A stretch of DNA of 54,462 nt, taken from contig CAZOYD010000019.1 in NCBI GenBank assembly GCA_964583985.1, positions 1-54,462 of the forward strand, read 5' to 3'. A program made the translations under genes and the position numbers. Source of the DNA: an uncultured archaeon. GTDB taxonomy: Archaea; Asgardarchaeota; Lokiarchaeia; Sigyniarchaeales; SOKP01. Position 1 is the stretch's first letter. Every line of letters begins with the position of its first letter. Below the pieces are notes generated by a model. It saw only the letters and a list, made by a program, of their open reading frames with translations. It made no database searches and was not told the DNA's origin. Shown here in pieces: positions 1 through 9,840 of the stretch.

Positions 1-162
1 TCCAGTCACGCCGACCGAAGCCGATACTGGTGTACTTAAGTGAGGTCGAAACCAGTTATTGGTGCCATATCATCACGTGTGGATGAGATGTTTTTCTCAA
101 CCAATAACTTATCGATGATCTGAGGGTTAATGGTTTAACCTAATTTTTAAAATTCATCGACG
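1..162 (-). ncRNA. Putative structured RNA or long structured leader, truncated by the window edge; family unidentified
   Basis: GC-richer than its surroundings. Two UUCG tetraloop hairpins on the minus strand (loops at 16-19 and 47-50), a 10-bp stem 54-63/100-109, and stems 2-6/26-30 and 112-118/154-160. TATA-like TTTTTAAT lies upstream on the minus strand. Confidence 0.45.
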
Positions 163-440
163 AAATATAACAATCTTTATTACATTAAAAATTTTATGGT
201 CGTATTCCATAAACTTTAAAAGGCGAAGGAGGACCTTTACATTCTTTTCTTGTGGTGTTAATAATAGAAGAATCGATTATTTTTTTTTTACTTTTATTTA
301 GAGTGAAAGAATTTTAATAAAAGTAAATAATTGAGTAATATTATAAATCAATTCTAAATTCATCTTAAATAATTCAGATTTTTTAACTAATTTAATATAT
401 AAATTTAAATTCTAAAAAAAACGTTAACGAAGGTGGGCGC

Positions 441-1310
441 GTGGTGGATAATATTTTAATTGGAACATCTGGTTGGGGGTATAAAGAATGGGTTGGTCCT
501 TTTTATCCAAAGAGTTTGAAAAAAGAAGATTTTTTGATTTATTATTCCGAAATTTTCTATACTTGCGAAATTAACACAACTTTTTATCACATGCCATCTG
601 AGTGGATGGTAAAGAATTGGGTGAATAAAACGCCGAACAATTTCCTTTTTTCAATAAAAATACCTCAATCTATAACTCATGATAGTAAATTATCTTTGGA
701 TCTTTGTAGTGAAGATTTAATTAAATTTTTAAAATTAATGAATCCTTTTGCAGAAGCGAATAAGTTACTAGCTTTGTTAATTCAACTACCCCCTACATTT
801 AAAAAAGAAAAACATTTCGATCTTTTAAAGAATTTCATTGATAATTGGCCAACTAATCCAAAGGAAGATGGGTATTACTTATGTATTGAATTTCGGCACA
901 ATTCCTGGATGGATGATGAAGTTTTTGATTTTTTAAGAAAAAACAAATTAGTTTATTGTGGGGTTATTGAACCACTATTACCCCCAAGAATGGATGTCAC
1001 TAATGATGATTTTGCCTATATTCGATTTCATGGTTATGGAGAGAACCCTTGGTTCAATTATCTGTTTTCTGATCAAGAAATTCAGCAATGGACTCAATCT
1101 ATATTAAAAGTAGTTCCGAAAGTTAAAAAAATCGGTATTTATTTTAATAACCATTATTCTGGATATGCTGTAAAAAACTCAATAATGTTGATGAACGCAT
1201 TAGGTATTAGTCCAAAAAATGATCCAAAGAAAGTGAATCTTTTAGATGTTAAAAAAAAATCGGGGATCGTTTCTAAAAATCAAACAAGCTTAAAAAATTT
1301 CCTAACCTAA
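441..1310 (+). CDS. DUF72 (YecE-like) TIM-barrel protein
   Basis: IGTSGW, EINTTFY, IEFRHNSW, YIRFHG and YFNN motifs; SD-like AAGGTGG before GTG. Confidence 0.9.
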   Translation: MVDNILIGTSGWGYKEWVGPFYPKSLKKEDFLIYYSEIFYTCEINTTFYHMPSEWMVKNWVNKTPNNFLFSIKIPQSITHDSKLSLDLCSEDLIKFLKLMNPFAEANKLLALLIQLPPTFKKEKHFDLLKNFIDNWPTNPKEDGYYLCIEFRHNSWMDDEVFDFLRKNKLVYCGVIEPLLPPRMDVTNDDFAYIRFHGYGENPWFNYLFSDQEIQQWTQSILKVVPKVKKIGIYFNNHYSGYAVKNSIMLMNALGISPKNDPKKVNLLDVKKKSGIVSKNQTSLKNFLT

Positions 1311-1329
1311 TCTTTATGTTGAATTATCA

Positions 1330-2343
1330 ATGAATATAGTAAATTCATCTAATATTAAATTGAGATTTGGGTTTATCGGCGCGGGTTCTATAGGTAGTTT
1401 ATTTGGTGGTTTATTAGCATCAGTAAAATATGAAAAATATTCTATTGAGATCGTGTTTTTTTGCAGAGAAGAACATTGTTCCGAGATTATGAAAAATGGT
1501 TTAGAAATCCAGACAAGTGGAAAGACCTTGAAAGTTAGAAATATAATTGCATATGAAAACCTCAAACCAATTGAAAAAATCTTGAATGAGGACCCTCATT
1601 ATCACTTTGACTTTCTTATTATTTCTACTAAAACCCCTGATTTAGAAAAATCTTTAATTCAATTTAAAAATATCATTGATTCATGTAATTGGGTGATAAT
1701 ATTACAAAATGGAATAGGTAATAAGGAAATAGTAAGTAAGTTCTGTGAAAAAGAAAAAATAATAAGAATAATTACCTCTCACGGGGCGTTTATTAAGAAC
1801 CCGGGTCAAGTTTATCACGCTGGAATTGGATTTATTAAAATTGGTTTTTGCTTTATTAAATCAAGTAAAATAAAAGGCAAACCAGCTTACAGTGCGCTAG
1901 AATTATTAAGATATTTACTCAATTCAAGTGGTTTAAAAACTGAGATTGTGGATGATATAAATATGTATTGTTGGGAAAAAGTGCTTGTTAATATAGGAAT
2001 TAATGCATTGGGAGCAATTACACGATTAAAAAATGGTCAGTTATTAGAAAATGAGAAGTTAAAAAATGTAATGAAAGAACTAGTATTGGAAGCATTAATA
2101 ATGGCAGAGAAGCGAAAAATTAAACTACCTCCAAAAGATTATGTTGGAATAATGTATCAAGTAGCAGAAAAAACTAGTAATAACCTAAATTCTATGCTTC
2201 AGGACGTATTAAAAAATAAGATTACTGAAATAGATTTTATAAATGGCAAAATCGTTCAATTTGCAGATGAATTAAATTTTAATGTACCTTTTAACAAAAT
2301 TATTACAATTCTCATTAAAGGTTTGGAGAAATCATATGTCTGA
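1330..2343 (+). CDS. panE: Ketopantoate (2-dehydropantoate) reductase
   Basis: GAGSIG Rossmann motif, LQNGIG, WEKVLVN, SMLQD, TEIDFING. Confidence 0.9.
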   Translation: MNIVNSSNIKLRFGFIGAGSIGSLFGGLLASVKYEKYSIEIVFFCREEHCSEIMKNGLEIQTSGKTLKVRNIIAYENLKPIEKILNEDPHYHFDFLIISTKTPDLEKSLIQFKNIIDSCNWVIILQNGIGNKEIVSKFCEKEKIIRIITSHGAFIKNPGQVYHAGIGFIKIGFCFIKSSKIKGKPAYSALELLRYLLNSSGLKTEIVDDINMYCWEKVLVNIGINALGAITRLKNGQLLENEKLKNVMKELVLEALIMAEKRKIKLPPKDYVGIMYQVAEKTSNNLNSMLQDVLKNKITEIDFINGKIVQFADELNFNVPFNKIITILIKGLEKSYV

Positions 2344-2345
2344 TA

Positions 2346-2873
2346 TTATTTAGCTTTGCAAACCATGTAATACGCATTTTCACCATCTCGATAATACTTA
2401 TATTTAATGCTTTGAGATGAGAAGTTATATTTTTTATACAGGTTTATTGCAGCATAATTACTAACGCGGACTTCTAAAACAAATTCATCTATAATTTTTT
2501 TCTTGATTTCTTCCATTGATTTTGTAAGAAGAGCTTTTGCTATTCCCAATCGTCTATATCCCTTAACAACAGCTATAGACACTAGGTGCCCTTTATTAGA
2601 TATTTTCAAACTATCAATAGCAGGGACTTTTTCCACTCGCCACATTATATATCCTACAACATTACCGTCAATATCAACGGCTATTAAAAAAGATTCATTA
2701 AAATTATCCAGAATGCTTTTATAAAAAAAATAAGGATAATCTTCTGGTAACTCTTTCTCATTTATTTCAATTACGCCTTCTAAGTCTTCTAAATTACAGC
2801 GTCTAATTATAATTGAATTATTTCCATTAATATCATTGAAATTCATGGTTCTTGTATCTTTATCTGTTCCCAT
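2346..2873 (-). CDS. N-terminal acetyltransferase, Ard1/Naa10/RimI family
   Basis: LPEDY, GHLVSIAV, YRRLGIA, LEVRVSN..AI.LY, YYRDGENAY. Confidence 0.9.
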   Translation of the reverse strand: MGTDKDTRTMNFNDINGNNSIIIRRCNLEDLEGVIEINEKELPEDYPYFFYKSILDNFNESFLIAVDIDGNVVGYIMWRVEKVPAIDSLKISNKGHLVSIAVVKGYRRLGIAKALLTKSMEEIKKKIIDEFVLEVRVSNYAAINLYKKYNFSSQSIKYKYYRDGENAYYMVCKAK

Positions 2874-2965
2874 CGTTCTTCGTTTTTGTACTTTAGTTAT
2901 AATAGACTAAGAAGTCAGCTATATTAGATAATATTTTAGATTCTTTTAAGCTTTTTTAAATAATT

Positions 2966-3769
2966 CTATTTATATAAAATGCTAAAAGCCTTCTCTTTCT
3001 GTAAATTAATATATTTAATTACGAAATCCAGAACATTTTGAATATTCTTTTTATTATTAAACTCATCCACTATCTTTTTTAACTGTTCTTTGGCATAATT
3101 TTTATATTTTAAAGCAATTTTCGTCATTATTGGAAGTGTGCGTATAATATTATCAACAATGGTAATATCCGCCCAAATAGCAGTCCTGCTTAATGGATTT
3201 AGATCCACAGAAATAACAGTTTTCCCTAATTTTTTCAATGCTTCTGTTCTATCTCCGTCTTCTAAAGGAATGAATACGACATCACTTATTTTAATTCCTT
3301 TTGGATCCACATTTCTTCGATTACTCGATAATTCTTCAATCTCGACCATAATGCTTTCATCAGTTCCAAGAATATTCTTACCACCCGCTTCTTCTAATAA
3401 TTTTTTTATTGCATTTACCCTACCCTTTTTTCTATAAAATATATTTATTTCTAAAGGAGCATTAACCGTATTTGAGAGTATTACTAAATCTTCTGGACAT
3501 AAAGCAGCTACGTTACCATTCACACTTATTACAGGATGTTGAGCTAGAAGTAATTGAGCAACTGCTGCATTAATGGCGTGTATTGCAAAATCGTTTGTTT
3601 TTTCACCTAAAATATAATCAAAACATTCACCTCGGCCATGAGCGATTAATCCCGCTTCTGCAACTACTAAATTTTTCATACCTTCAATAATTTTATGACG
3701 ATATAATAAACTAGTGATACGAGGATGATCCTTTGGAATTTTAACATAGTTATTTTCTTTATCTCCCAT
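2966..3769 (-). CDS. pps: Archaeal phosphopantothenate synthetase (PPS)
   Basis: IPKDHPR, GLIAHGRGE.FDY, SVNGN, VPLEDGDR-like, DLNPLSRT. Confidence 0.92.
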   Translation of the reverse strand: MGDKENNYVKIPKDHPRITSLLYRHKIIEGMKNLVVAEAGLIAHGRGECFDYILGEKTNDFAIHAINAAVAQLLLAQHPVISVNGNVAALCPEDLVILSNTVNAPLEINIFYRKKGRVNAIKKLLEEAGGKNILGTDESIMVEIEELSSNRRNVDPKGIKISDVVFIPLEDGDRTEALKKLGKTVISVDLNPLSRTAIWADITIVDNIIRTLPIMTKIALKYKNYAKEQLKKIVDEFNNKKNIQNVLDFVIKYINLQKEKAFSILYK

Positions 3770-3855
3770 TAAATTACCAACTCAATTGCATTTGTACTAT
3801 ATATGTATTGAATATAACGAAAAACTATTAATCTTTTGATTCGTTTAATATATAG

Positions 3856-5133
3856 TTGATAAGCATGAGCATGGAAGAAAAGAAGAAGGGAAATGATCTT
3901 CAACGTTTCAAGGTTAAGCGGATATTAGAAACGTTGAGGTCTAAGAAAGGTTTCCATACAGAATTAATTTCTTTGTATATCCCTCATGATCGCAAGCTTT
4001 CTGATGTTACTAATTATTTGAAAAATGAAGTTAGTGAAAGTCAAAATATAAAATCGAAATTAACTCGAAAAAATGTATTAGATGGAATATCAACCTTACA
4101 AGGAATGTTAAAAAATTATAATGACGTTCCTGATAATGGAATCGTAATGTTTGCCGGCGCCATACCCCAAAATAACACGCCAGGCACGGAACGAATGGAA
4201 AAATATATTATTGATCCTCCTGAGAAAGTAAAAACTTTTAGATACCATTGTGCTAGTGAGTTTTTAACTTGGCCTTTAGAAGAAATGTTGGAAACAAAAG
4301 AAACATATGGATTATTAGTGATAGGACGAAAGGAATCGGCAGTAGGATATTTAAGAGGTAATCACATGGAGATAGTAAGAGAATTTACATCAAATATCCA
4401 TGGAAAGCATAGAGCTGGAGGTCAATCACAAAAGAGATTTGAACGTTTAATTGAAGAGGGAGAGATTAGCTTCTATAGACATATTTCTAGTGAAGTTAAT
4501 GGATTATTTTTGGGAATGGAGCAATTAGAAGGCATTTTTATTGGAGGCCCTGGCCAATCAAAAGAGAAATTTGTTACTGATGAAAGCTTAGATTATAGAT
4601 TACGAGAAAAAATTCTCGATGTAGTAGATTTAGGATATGGAGGAATAGAAGGATTAAGAGCTTTGGTTGATAAAATAAAAGATCAGATTGAAAATGTGAA
4701 ATATGTCAGAGAACAAAACATATGGAATAATTTTATGAAGCAAATCACTAGTGATACAGGAATGGCGCTATATGGACAAGAAGAAGTTGAACAAGCTTTA
4801 AATTTAGGAGCGGTAGACACGTTAATAATGTCTGAAAAATTAGAATTATATAAACTTAAGAGAGAATGCTCGAATTGTCAATATGTTGACTATATAACCT
4901 CAAAACAAGTAAATATGGATGAAATAAATGAAAATATTGAAATATGTCCAAATTGTAATTCAAACTCATTTAGTACGACAGAATTTTACTCGATCATTGA
5001 ATATCTTGGGGATATCGCAGAATCCTTAGGAAGCACTGTAGAGATTTTATCTGCTGAAACTGAAGGAGGAGAAACCCTTAAAAGTACATTTGGAGGAATT
5101 GTAGCTACTCTTCGATATAAAATTGATTATTAA
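3856..5133 (+). CDS. prf1: Peptide chain release factor aRF1
   Basis: TELISLY, NIKS, YHC, GGQS motifs; C-terminal CxxC...CxxC insertion; FGGIVATLRY. Confidence 0.97.
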   Translation: MISMSMEEKKKGNDLQRFKVKRILETLRSKKGFHTELISLYIPHDRKLSDVTNYLKNEVSESQNIKSKLTRKNVLDGISTLQGMLKNYNDVPDNGIVMFAGAIPQNNTPGTERMEKYIIDPPEKVKTFRYHCASEFLTWPLEEMLETKETYGLLVIGRKESAVGYLRGNHMEIVREFTSNIHGKHRAGGQSQKRFERLIEEGEISFYRHISSEVNGLFLGMEQLEGIFIGGPGQSKEKFVTDESLDYRLREKILDVVDLGYGGIEGLRALVDKIKDQIENVKYVREQNIWNNFMKQITSDTGMALYGQEEVEQALNLGAVDTLIMSEKLELYKLKRECSNCQYVDYITSKQVNMDEINENIEICPNCNSNSFSTTEFYSIIEYLGDIAESLGSTVEILSAETEGGETLKSTFGGIVATLRYKIDY

Positions 5134-5143
5134 TTGAATTATT

Positions 5144-6118
5144 ATGATGCTTAGTGAAATATTACTAAATATGAAAATGGTTTTATTTGGTGGAAAAGGA
5201 GGGGTCGGTAAAACGACATGTGCTTCGAGTTCCGCAATTTGGGCAGCAGAACATGGTAGAAATACGCTTATAATAAGCACTGATCCTGCTCATTCGTTAG
5301 GTGATAGTTTAGGAGTTAGTTTGCCTCCTGGAATTCCTACACCCATTCCAGAAATTACGAATCTAACTGCTTTAGAAATAAATCCTCAAGTTGATATAGT
5401 AGATTTTGAAGGATTTACAAATATAAACCCAATTGAAGATATGGGTTTTTCTAATTTACCCTTTATGGAGAATTTAGCTGATTTATCATCATTGAATCCT
5501 CCAGGAATAGATGAAACCTTAGCATTATTAAAAGTTCTTGAATTTATTGAAACAGAACATGATTACGATTTGATTATATTTGACACGGCACCTACAGGTC
5601 ATACTCTCCGGTTTTTAAGTCTTCCTCAAACTTTATCAGGTTGGATAGGGAAATTACTAAAAATGAAAATGAAACTTGGAAATATGTTTGGAGCAATAAA
5701 AAGCATATTTGGAGGGGAAAGTAAGAAAGAAGATAAATCATTTGAGATATTAGAACGTTTAAATGAAGCGATTCAACGTGCTAAAGAGGATTTAACAGAT
5801 CCACTTAAAACATCCTTTGTTGTCGTTATGATTGCAGAAGAAATGGCGCTATTAGAAACGGAGCGTCTAATAATTGAATTAGAAAATTACCACATTCCAA
5901 ATTCAAATATTATAATAAATCAATTATATGAAGATAACATGGAGTTATGCGAATTTTGTAAATCCCGAAGGCGAATGCAACAAAAAAATCTAATTAACAT
6001 TAAGGAACATTTTATTAAGAAATGGAATAAGCTTTTAATAGAGATACCTTTGTTTCCAGACGAAATTAGAGAATATATACCATTGCATAGGCTTTCAAAT
6101 TATTTATTAAAAGAGTAA
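5144..6118 (+). CDS. ArsA/GET3 (TRC40) family ATPase
   Basis: GGKGGVGKTT, STDPAHSL, DTAPTGHTLRFL, Met-rich insert, CEFC. Confidence 0.92.
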   Translation: MMLSEILLNMKMVLFGGKGGVGKTTCASSSAIWAAEHGRNTLIISTDPAHSLGDSLGVSLPPGIPTPIPEITNLTALEINPQVDIVDFEGFTNINPIEDMGFSNLPFMENLADLSSLNPPGIDETLALLKVLEFIETEHDYDLIIFDTAPTGHTLRFLSLPQTLSGWIGKLLKMKMKLGNMFGAIKSIFGGESKKEDKSFEILERLNEAIQRAKEDLTDPLKTSFVVVMIAEEMALLETERLIIELENYHIPNSNIIINQLYEDNMELCEFCKSRRRMQQKNLINIKEHFIKKWNKLLIEIPLFPDEIREYIPLHRLSNYLLKE

Positions 6119-6894
6119 GCTGGAATATTCGTTTGATTTATATTGATTTTTATCAAATCTAATAAACCATTGAGTAAATTGAATTCTATTTCAGGACTAT
6201 AAGTCTTTGAATCATTTAAAAAAGATGAAATAAGATTTTCTATTACCGAATTATTCATTTTTTTATGTTTTAGGTCTTTTTCAATTCCCATATTTTTTAT
6301 TGCATAGTATAGCTCAATTTCCTCATTGGGAATTTTCATTAGGGGTGTGATTGTTTTAATGTGATCATCTTGATAATATATACATTGATATGGATCTTTA
6401 TTTAATATTAATTGATTTAGATAAATATTTGATATATTGGTCAGATTGTGCTCTAGCGCAAGAATATTGCCTCCAAAATCATTAAAAGCAATTTTTAATA
6501 ATTGTAGTAAAAATGATTCATCTTTATTTATCTCATTTGAATTTACAATCACATGTTCAATAGATAGTTTATCACATAAATCTCTTGTTAGTTTAATTGG
6601 ATTTCCTTGATCAATTGATAAAGCTATGATTGAATTTGTTTTGTAGAAATTTTCTTGAGCTTTCTTTAGATTATAAAGGAGTGTTATTGAATTTTTACTC
6701 TCTGATAATGCTACAATGATAACATCATTTGGGTTCAACATATTATATTTTTTAATTGTTTTTGAGATAATTTTTTCAATACTCATTAAAAAACAATTAG
6801 AACAAAGAGATTGACCTGAATGTCTTCTTTGTATTATAGAAGATTTATTACACTTGAAACATTTTTCTGCGGTGCGGAAATTTATCACCATCAA
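6100..6894 (-). CDS. TtuA/NcsA/CTU-family tRNA thiolase homolog with a degenerate PP-loop
   Basis: N-terminal CxxC..CxxC zinc finger, KTIKKYNML..D.I.VALS; SESKNS replaces SGGKDS; I.PL..IP..EI. Confidence 0.7.
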   Translation of the reverse strand: MMVINFRTAEKCFKCNKSSIIQRRHSGQSLCSNCFLMSIEKIISKTIKKYNMLNPNDVIIVALSESKNSITLLYNLKKAQENFYKTNSIIALSIDQGNPIKLTRDLCDKLSIEHVIVNSNEINKDESFLLQLLKIAFNDFGGNILALEHNLTNISNIYLNQLILNKDPYQCIYYQDDHIKTITPLMKIPNEEIELYYAIKNMGIEKDLKHKKMNNSVIENLISSFLNDSKTYSPEIEFNLLNGLLDLIKININQTNIPAYSFNK

Positions 6895-6906
6895 TAATAA
6901 TATGAT

Positions 6907-8697
6907 TTAGAGCCAAAAAAGATTAAATCCAAATTTAACAAAGGATAATGCGAAATTGGAAATTATCAATATCAAAGCGATGGCACGTATAAAATTCAAG
7001 ACAATTCGTTTATTCCTTCTTTTCTCATCGTATAAATATTCATATGAAATTTCAAAGATCGTATTTTTTTTAATAGTTGAGGTTGTAGGGAGTTTTATCT
7101 TAACCGCATCTTTAAATCCATCACCGATCGAATCAAATAACTCATAATTTTCCTTACCAAGGATTATTTCACTTTCGTTTTCTTTTTCATTTTTATCCTT
7201 TATCAAAATTTTTACTTCATTTATTGTTTCAATTCGATATTCTGATAATTTACAATCAGGTTCATCCGTTTTATATAAAAAACGATCAATTTTTCTTTTT
7301 TTAGCACTAAACGAACTTCCAAAAATACTATTTATAAGTTCTTTCATAACTCTATCACCATCAAAAATAGGAAGCGGCATCATATTAAATAACGTTAGGC
7401 TAAAACCGATTATGAACAACCAAGAGATTTCTTTTAACCAAAAATCGGGCCAATTAGCAGTTAAAAACTTAGCAAAATCGTTTTTATACATCCAGTATAA
7501 AATAGTTTGTACTCCTACAAATACTCCCACCACCTCAGGTTTTATTATATAGCGTTGATGTGTAGTACTATTTAAATCAAGTGCTTTAAGGTTGAATTGG
7601 GTTAAATAAATCTCCAAAGTATTTCCAGAAGTGCGATTTATTGCTGTTCCATTTATATAATTTATTAAAATATCAGTTTCTTTATCATCAGTATAATTAT
7701 ACGTGATTTTTATTTCATAATCAGAAGTATATTCATATTCAATACCGAGGTCGTATCGAGGACCTAATATGACTTCTTTCTCGGAGGTTGTATCGCTATA
7801 AGGGTTGTAAATTTTCATAGTTAAATTATCTCCTACCGAACATTTAACCCGTGTTTGATTTTCTAAGATAGATGATAAGTCTATTCCTTGATAATTATCT
7901 AGAGATACATATTGAGAATCTAATTCTCCTTCTTTTTTAATTGCAACAATTGCATCTCCATAAATTAAAATTCCATCATTAAATCCCCCTTCTTCAGGAC
8001 TCAATACGGTATACACTTGAGAAACTTGCGAAAAGAAAGGTGATGTTAGAATTGGAAATATGAGCAAGAGTAAAAGGGCTATACCTGCGACTATTGAGTT
8101 GACATATGTTCCAGCTGCAGCAATTCGTAATCGGGTATTTCTATGAAATTTTGCGGAACTTAACGATCGTTCATCAACTTCTACGAAAGCTCCAAATCCC
8201 ACCAAATAAAAAAGTCCAACGCCTAAAACTCCTGTAGATTTTATTTCAACACCATCAATTGCTGCTGATATCCCATGAGCAAATTCATGTGTAGTTAAAA
8301 TTAACAAGAGGGGCAACAACATGTAAAAAAAGACGGGAAGATCAATCGTTACTCCTGGGATAAGAGGTACAATGGCATTTTCAATGCTTGGTGCGAATAT
8401 TAGATTAATTACATTAGTAAAAAAGAAAAAAAACCCATAAATTGTAAAACCAAAAGAAACAAAAATACCAATATTCCAAAAAATCCTCCAAAATTTGGGT
8501 TTTCTTCTTGATATTTTGACGATGAAATTATTTAATTTTTTAGTTTTAAAAAGAGCGAGAAGCGGGAAAAAGATGCTGTATGCATCTTTTTTATTTCTTA
8601 ATAATAATACTAAAATTAAGATAAAAATCCAAAAAGCTAATGAAATTAAAAACCATGGATTTAAGAGGAAATCTGCTATAAAATTATTTAATAACAT
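6907..8697 (-). CDS. Site-2 protease, M50 family membrane zinc metalloprotease
   Basis: HEFAH, GAFVE, IAAAG, NMMPLPIFDG; multiple TM segments; start chosen at ATG 8697. Confidence 0.92.
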   Translation of the reverse strand: MLLNNFIADFLLNPWFLISLAFWIFILILVLLLRNKKDAYSIFFPLLALFKTKKLNNFIVKISRRKPKFWRIFWNIGIFVSFGFTIYGFFFFFTNVINLIFAPSIENAIVPLIPGVTIDLPVFFYMLLPLLLILTTHEFAHGISAAIDGVEIKSTGVLGVGLFYLVGFGAFVEVDERSLSSAKFHRNTRLRIAAAGTYVNSIVAGIALLLLLIFPILTSPFFSQVSQVYTVLSPEEGGFNDGILIYGDAIVAIKKEGELDSQYVSLDNYQGIDLSSILENQTRVKCSVGDNLTMKIYNPYSDTTSEKEVILGPRYDLGIEYEYTSDYEIKITYNYTDDKETDILINYINGTAINRTSGNTLEIYLTQFNLKALDLNSTTHQRYIIKPEVVGVFVGVQTILYWMYKNDFAKFLTANWPDFWLKEISWLFIIGFSLTLFNMMPLPIFDGDRVMKELINSIFGSSFSAKKRKIDRFLYKTDEPDCKLSEYRIETINEVKILIKDKNEKENESEIILGKENYELFDSIGDGFKDAVKIKLPTTSTIKKNTIFEISYEYLYDEKRRNKRIVLNFIRAIALILIISNFALSFVKFGFNLFWL

Positions 8698-8765
8698 AAA
8701 ATATTTTTTTTTGTTCTCTAATATCAAGTTAAATAAAGTAATAAAATTAAGTTTATTCTTTTAAT

Positions 8766-9464
8766 CTAGATATCATTCACTTTTTTTAAGATCCAATTTT
8801 CAACTAAAAAAGATTGTGATAGCATCGGTTTAGGATCATATTGAGAATGAATGCAGGATTTGGGAATCCAAGATTTTTGACCTTCATCAATTTCGAGTAA
8901 TATTGCTTTATTTGTTTCTCCAGTTATTTTTCCGTTAACTTCTGTCATTGATTTTAAGATTGTCTCCTCGATAGAGGTTTTTTTTGATAATTCTCCTAAT
9001 TCTTCTTCAAAATCTTCTTCAAATTGTTCTTCAATGGCATCAGGTTTTTGAGAGGGTTTATAAGATGTAGCATTAATGATTTTTTCGTGCATTATATGGG
9101 TTAGTAGTAAAGTTAAAATTTCTATTTGACCTGAATGTAACATTTTTGAATAATTTCCAATATTTATCCATAATATTTCGGCATTTTCATCCTCCCAACT
9201 CACAGATAATTTAGTGATTGCATCATTAAACTTGTGATTTCCCTGCCAATTAAATTTTCTTCTATTTAATACTTGTAATATCATAGCAATCTCTTCTAAG
9301 GAACATTTTATCGTTTTTCCTTCATTAGATGATAGTTTTTCCCATACTCCACTTGAATTTTTTTTAATGCATTGAATAAAAATATATGGTTCGAATTTTG
9401 AAGAACTACGAACAATTAATCCAATATTTTGCCCAAAAAAACTTTTTGAATGAGAATCTGCCAT
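8766..9464 (-). CDS. Hypothetical protein, possible Whirly/PC4-like nucleic-acid-binding fold
   Basis: Long ORF with two beta-rich + helix units, an acidic linker and a C-terminal ETNKAILL..WIPKS domain. Confidence 0.6.
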   Translation of the reverse strand: MADSHSKSFFGQNIGLIVRSSSKFEPYIFIQCIKKNSSGVWEKLSSNEGKTIKCSLEEIAMILQVLNRRKFNWQGNHKFNDAITKLSVSWEDENAEILWINIGNYSKMLHSGQIEILTLLLTHIMHEKIINATSYKPSQKPDAIEEQFEEDFEEELGELSKKTSIEETILKSMTEVNGKITGETNKAILLEIDEGQKSWIPKSCIHSQYDPKPMLSQSFLVENWILKKVNDI

Positions 9465-9605
9465 GATAAATTTTCTTGATTTTTAGAGTTATATTCAATA
9501 AAAATTAAAAAATAGCACGAAATATATAAAAAATGGTAAAAAATTAAAATAGAGAGAATATTTAAGATATTAATAAATTTTTAAAATTTCATAGGAATTA
9601 AAAAG

Positions 9606-9744
9606 AGCGGGGTGGGCTAGCCTGGTTTATGCCGCAGGGCTCATAAAGGGAAATAATATTTTCCCTTTAAGAAACCCTGAGATCGTTCGTTCAAACGCTT
9701 GAATTCTACTGTTGTCCAGCAAGCTGAAAATCGAACCCCCGCTA
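9606..9744 (+). tRNA. Initiator tRNA-Met (CAT) with two introns (37/38: 9646-9673; 59/60: 9696-9730)
   Basis: AGCGGGG/CCCCGCT acceptor with A1-U72, GGG/CCC in the anticodon stem, CAT at 9642-9644; both inserts fold as BHB-like hairpins. Confidence 0.93.
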
Positions 9745-9840
9745 TTTTTCCTTTTTTTTTTCTTACTCAACATAAAATTCTAAATTAATGCTAATCTTAT
9801 TCATATTATTCCTTAATTAAGTATAAGAAGCATAATAACA

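Noticed and set aside
20-66. Resemblance to the 3' half of 5S rRNA on the plus strand (ACTGGT..TGTAC..GAA..ACCAGT)
   Set aside because: The conserved upstream CCGAAC..GAAGTTAAG is missing and the UUCG loops favour the minus strand
196-300. Short minus-strand frame ending KECKGPPSPFKVYGIRP
   Set aside because: No NTG start or SD; under 45 codons
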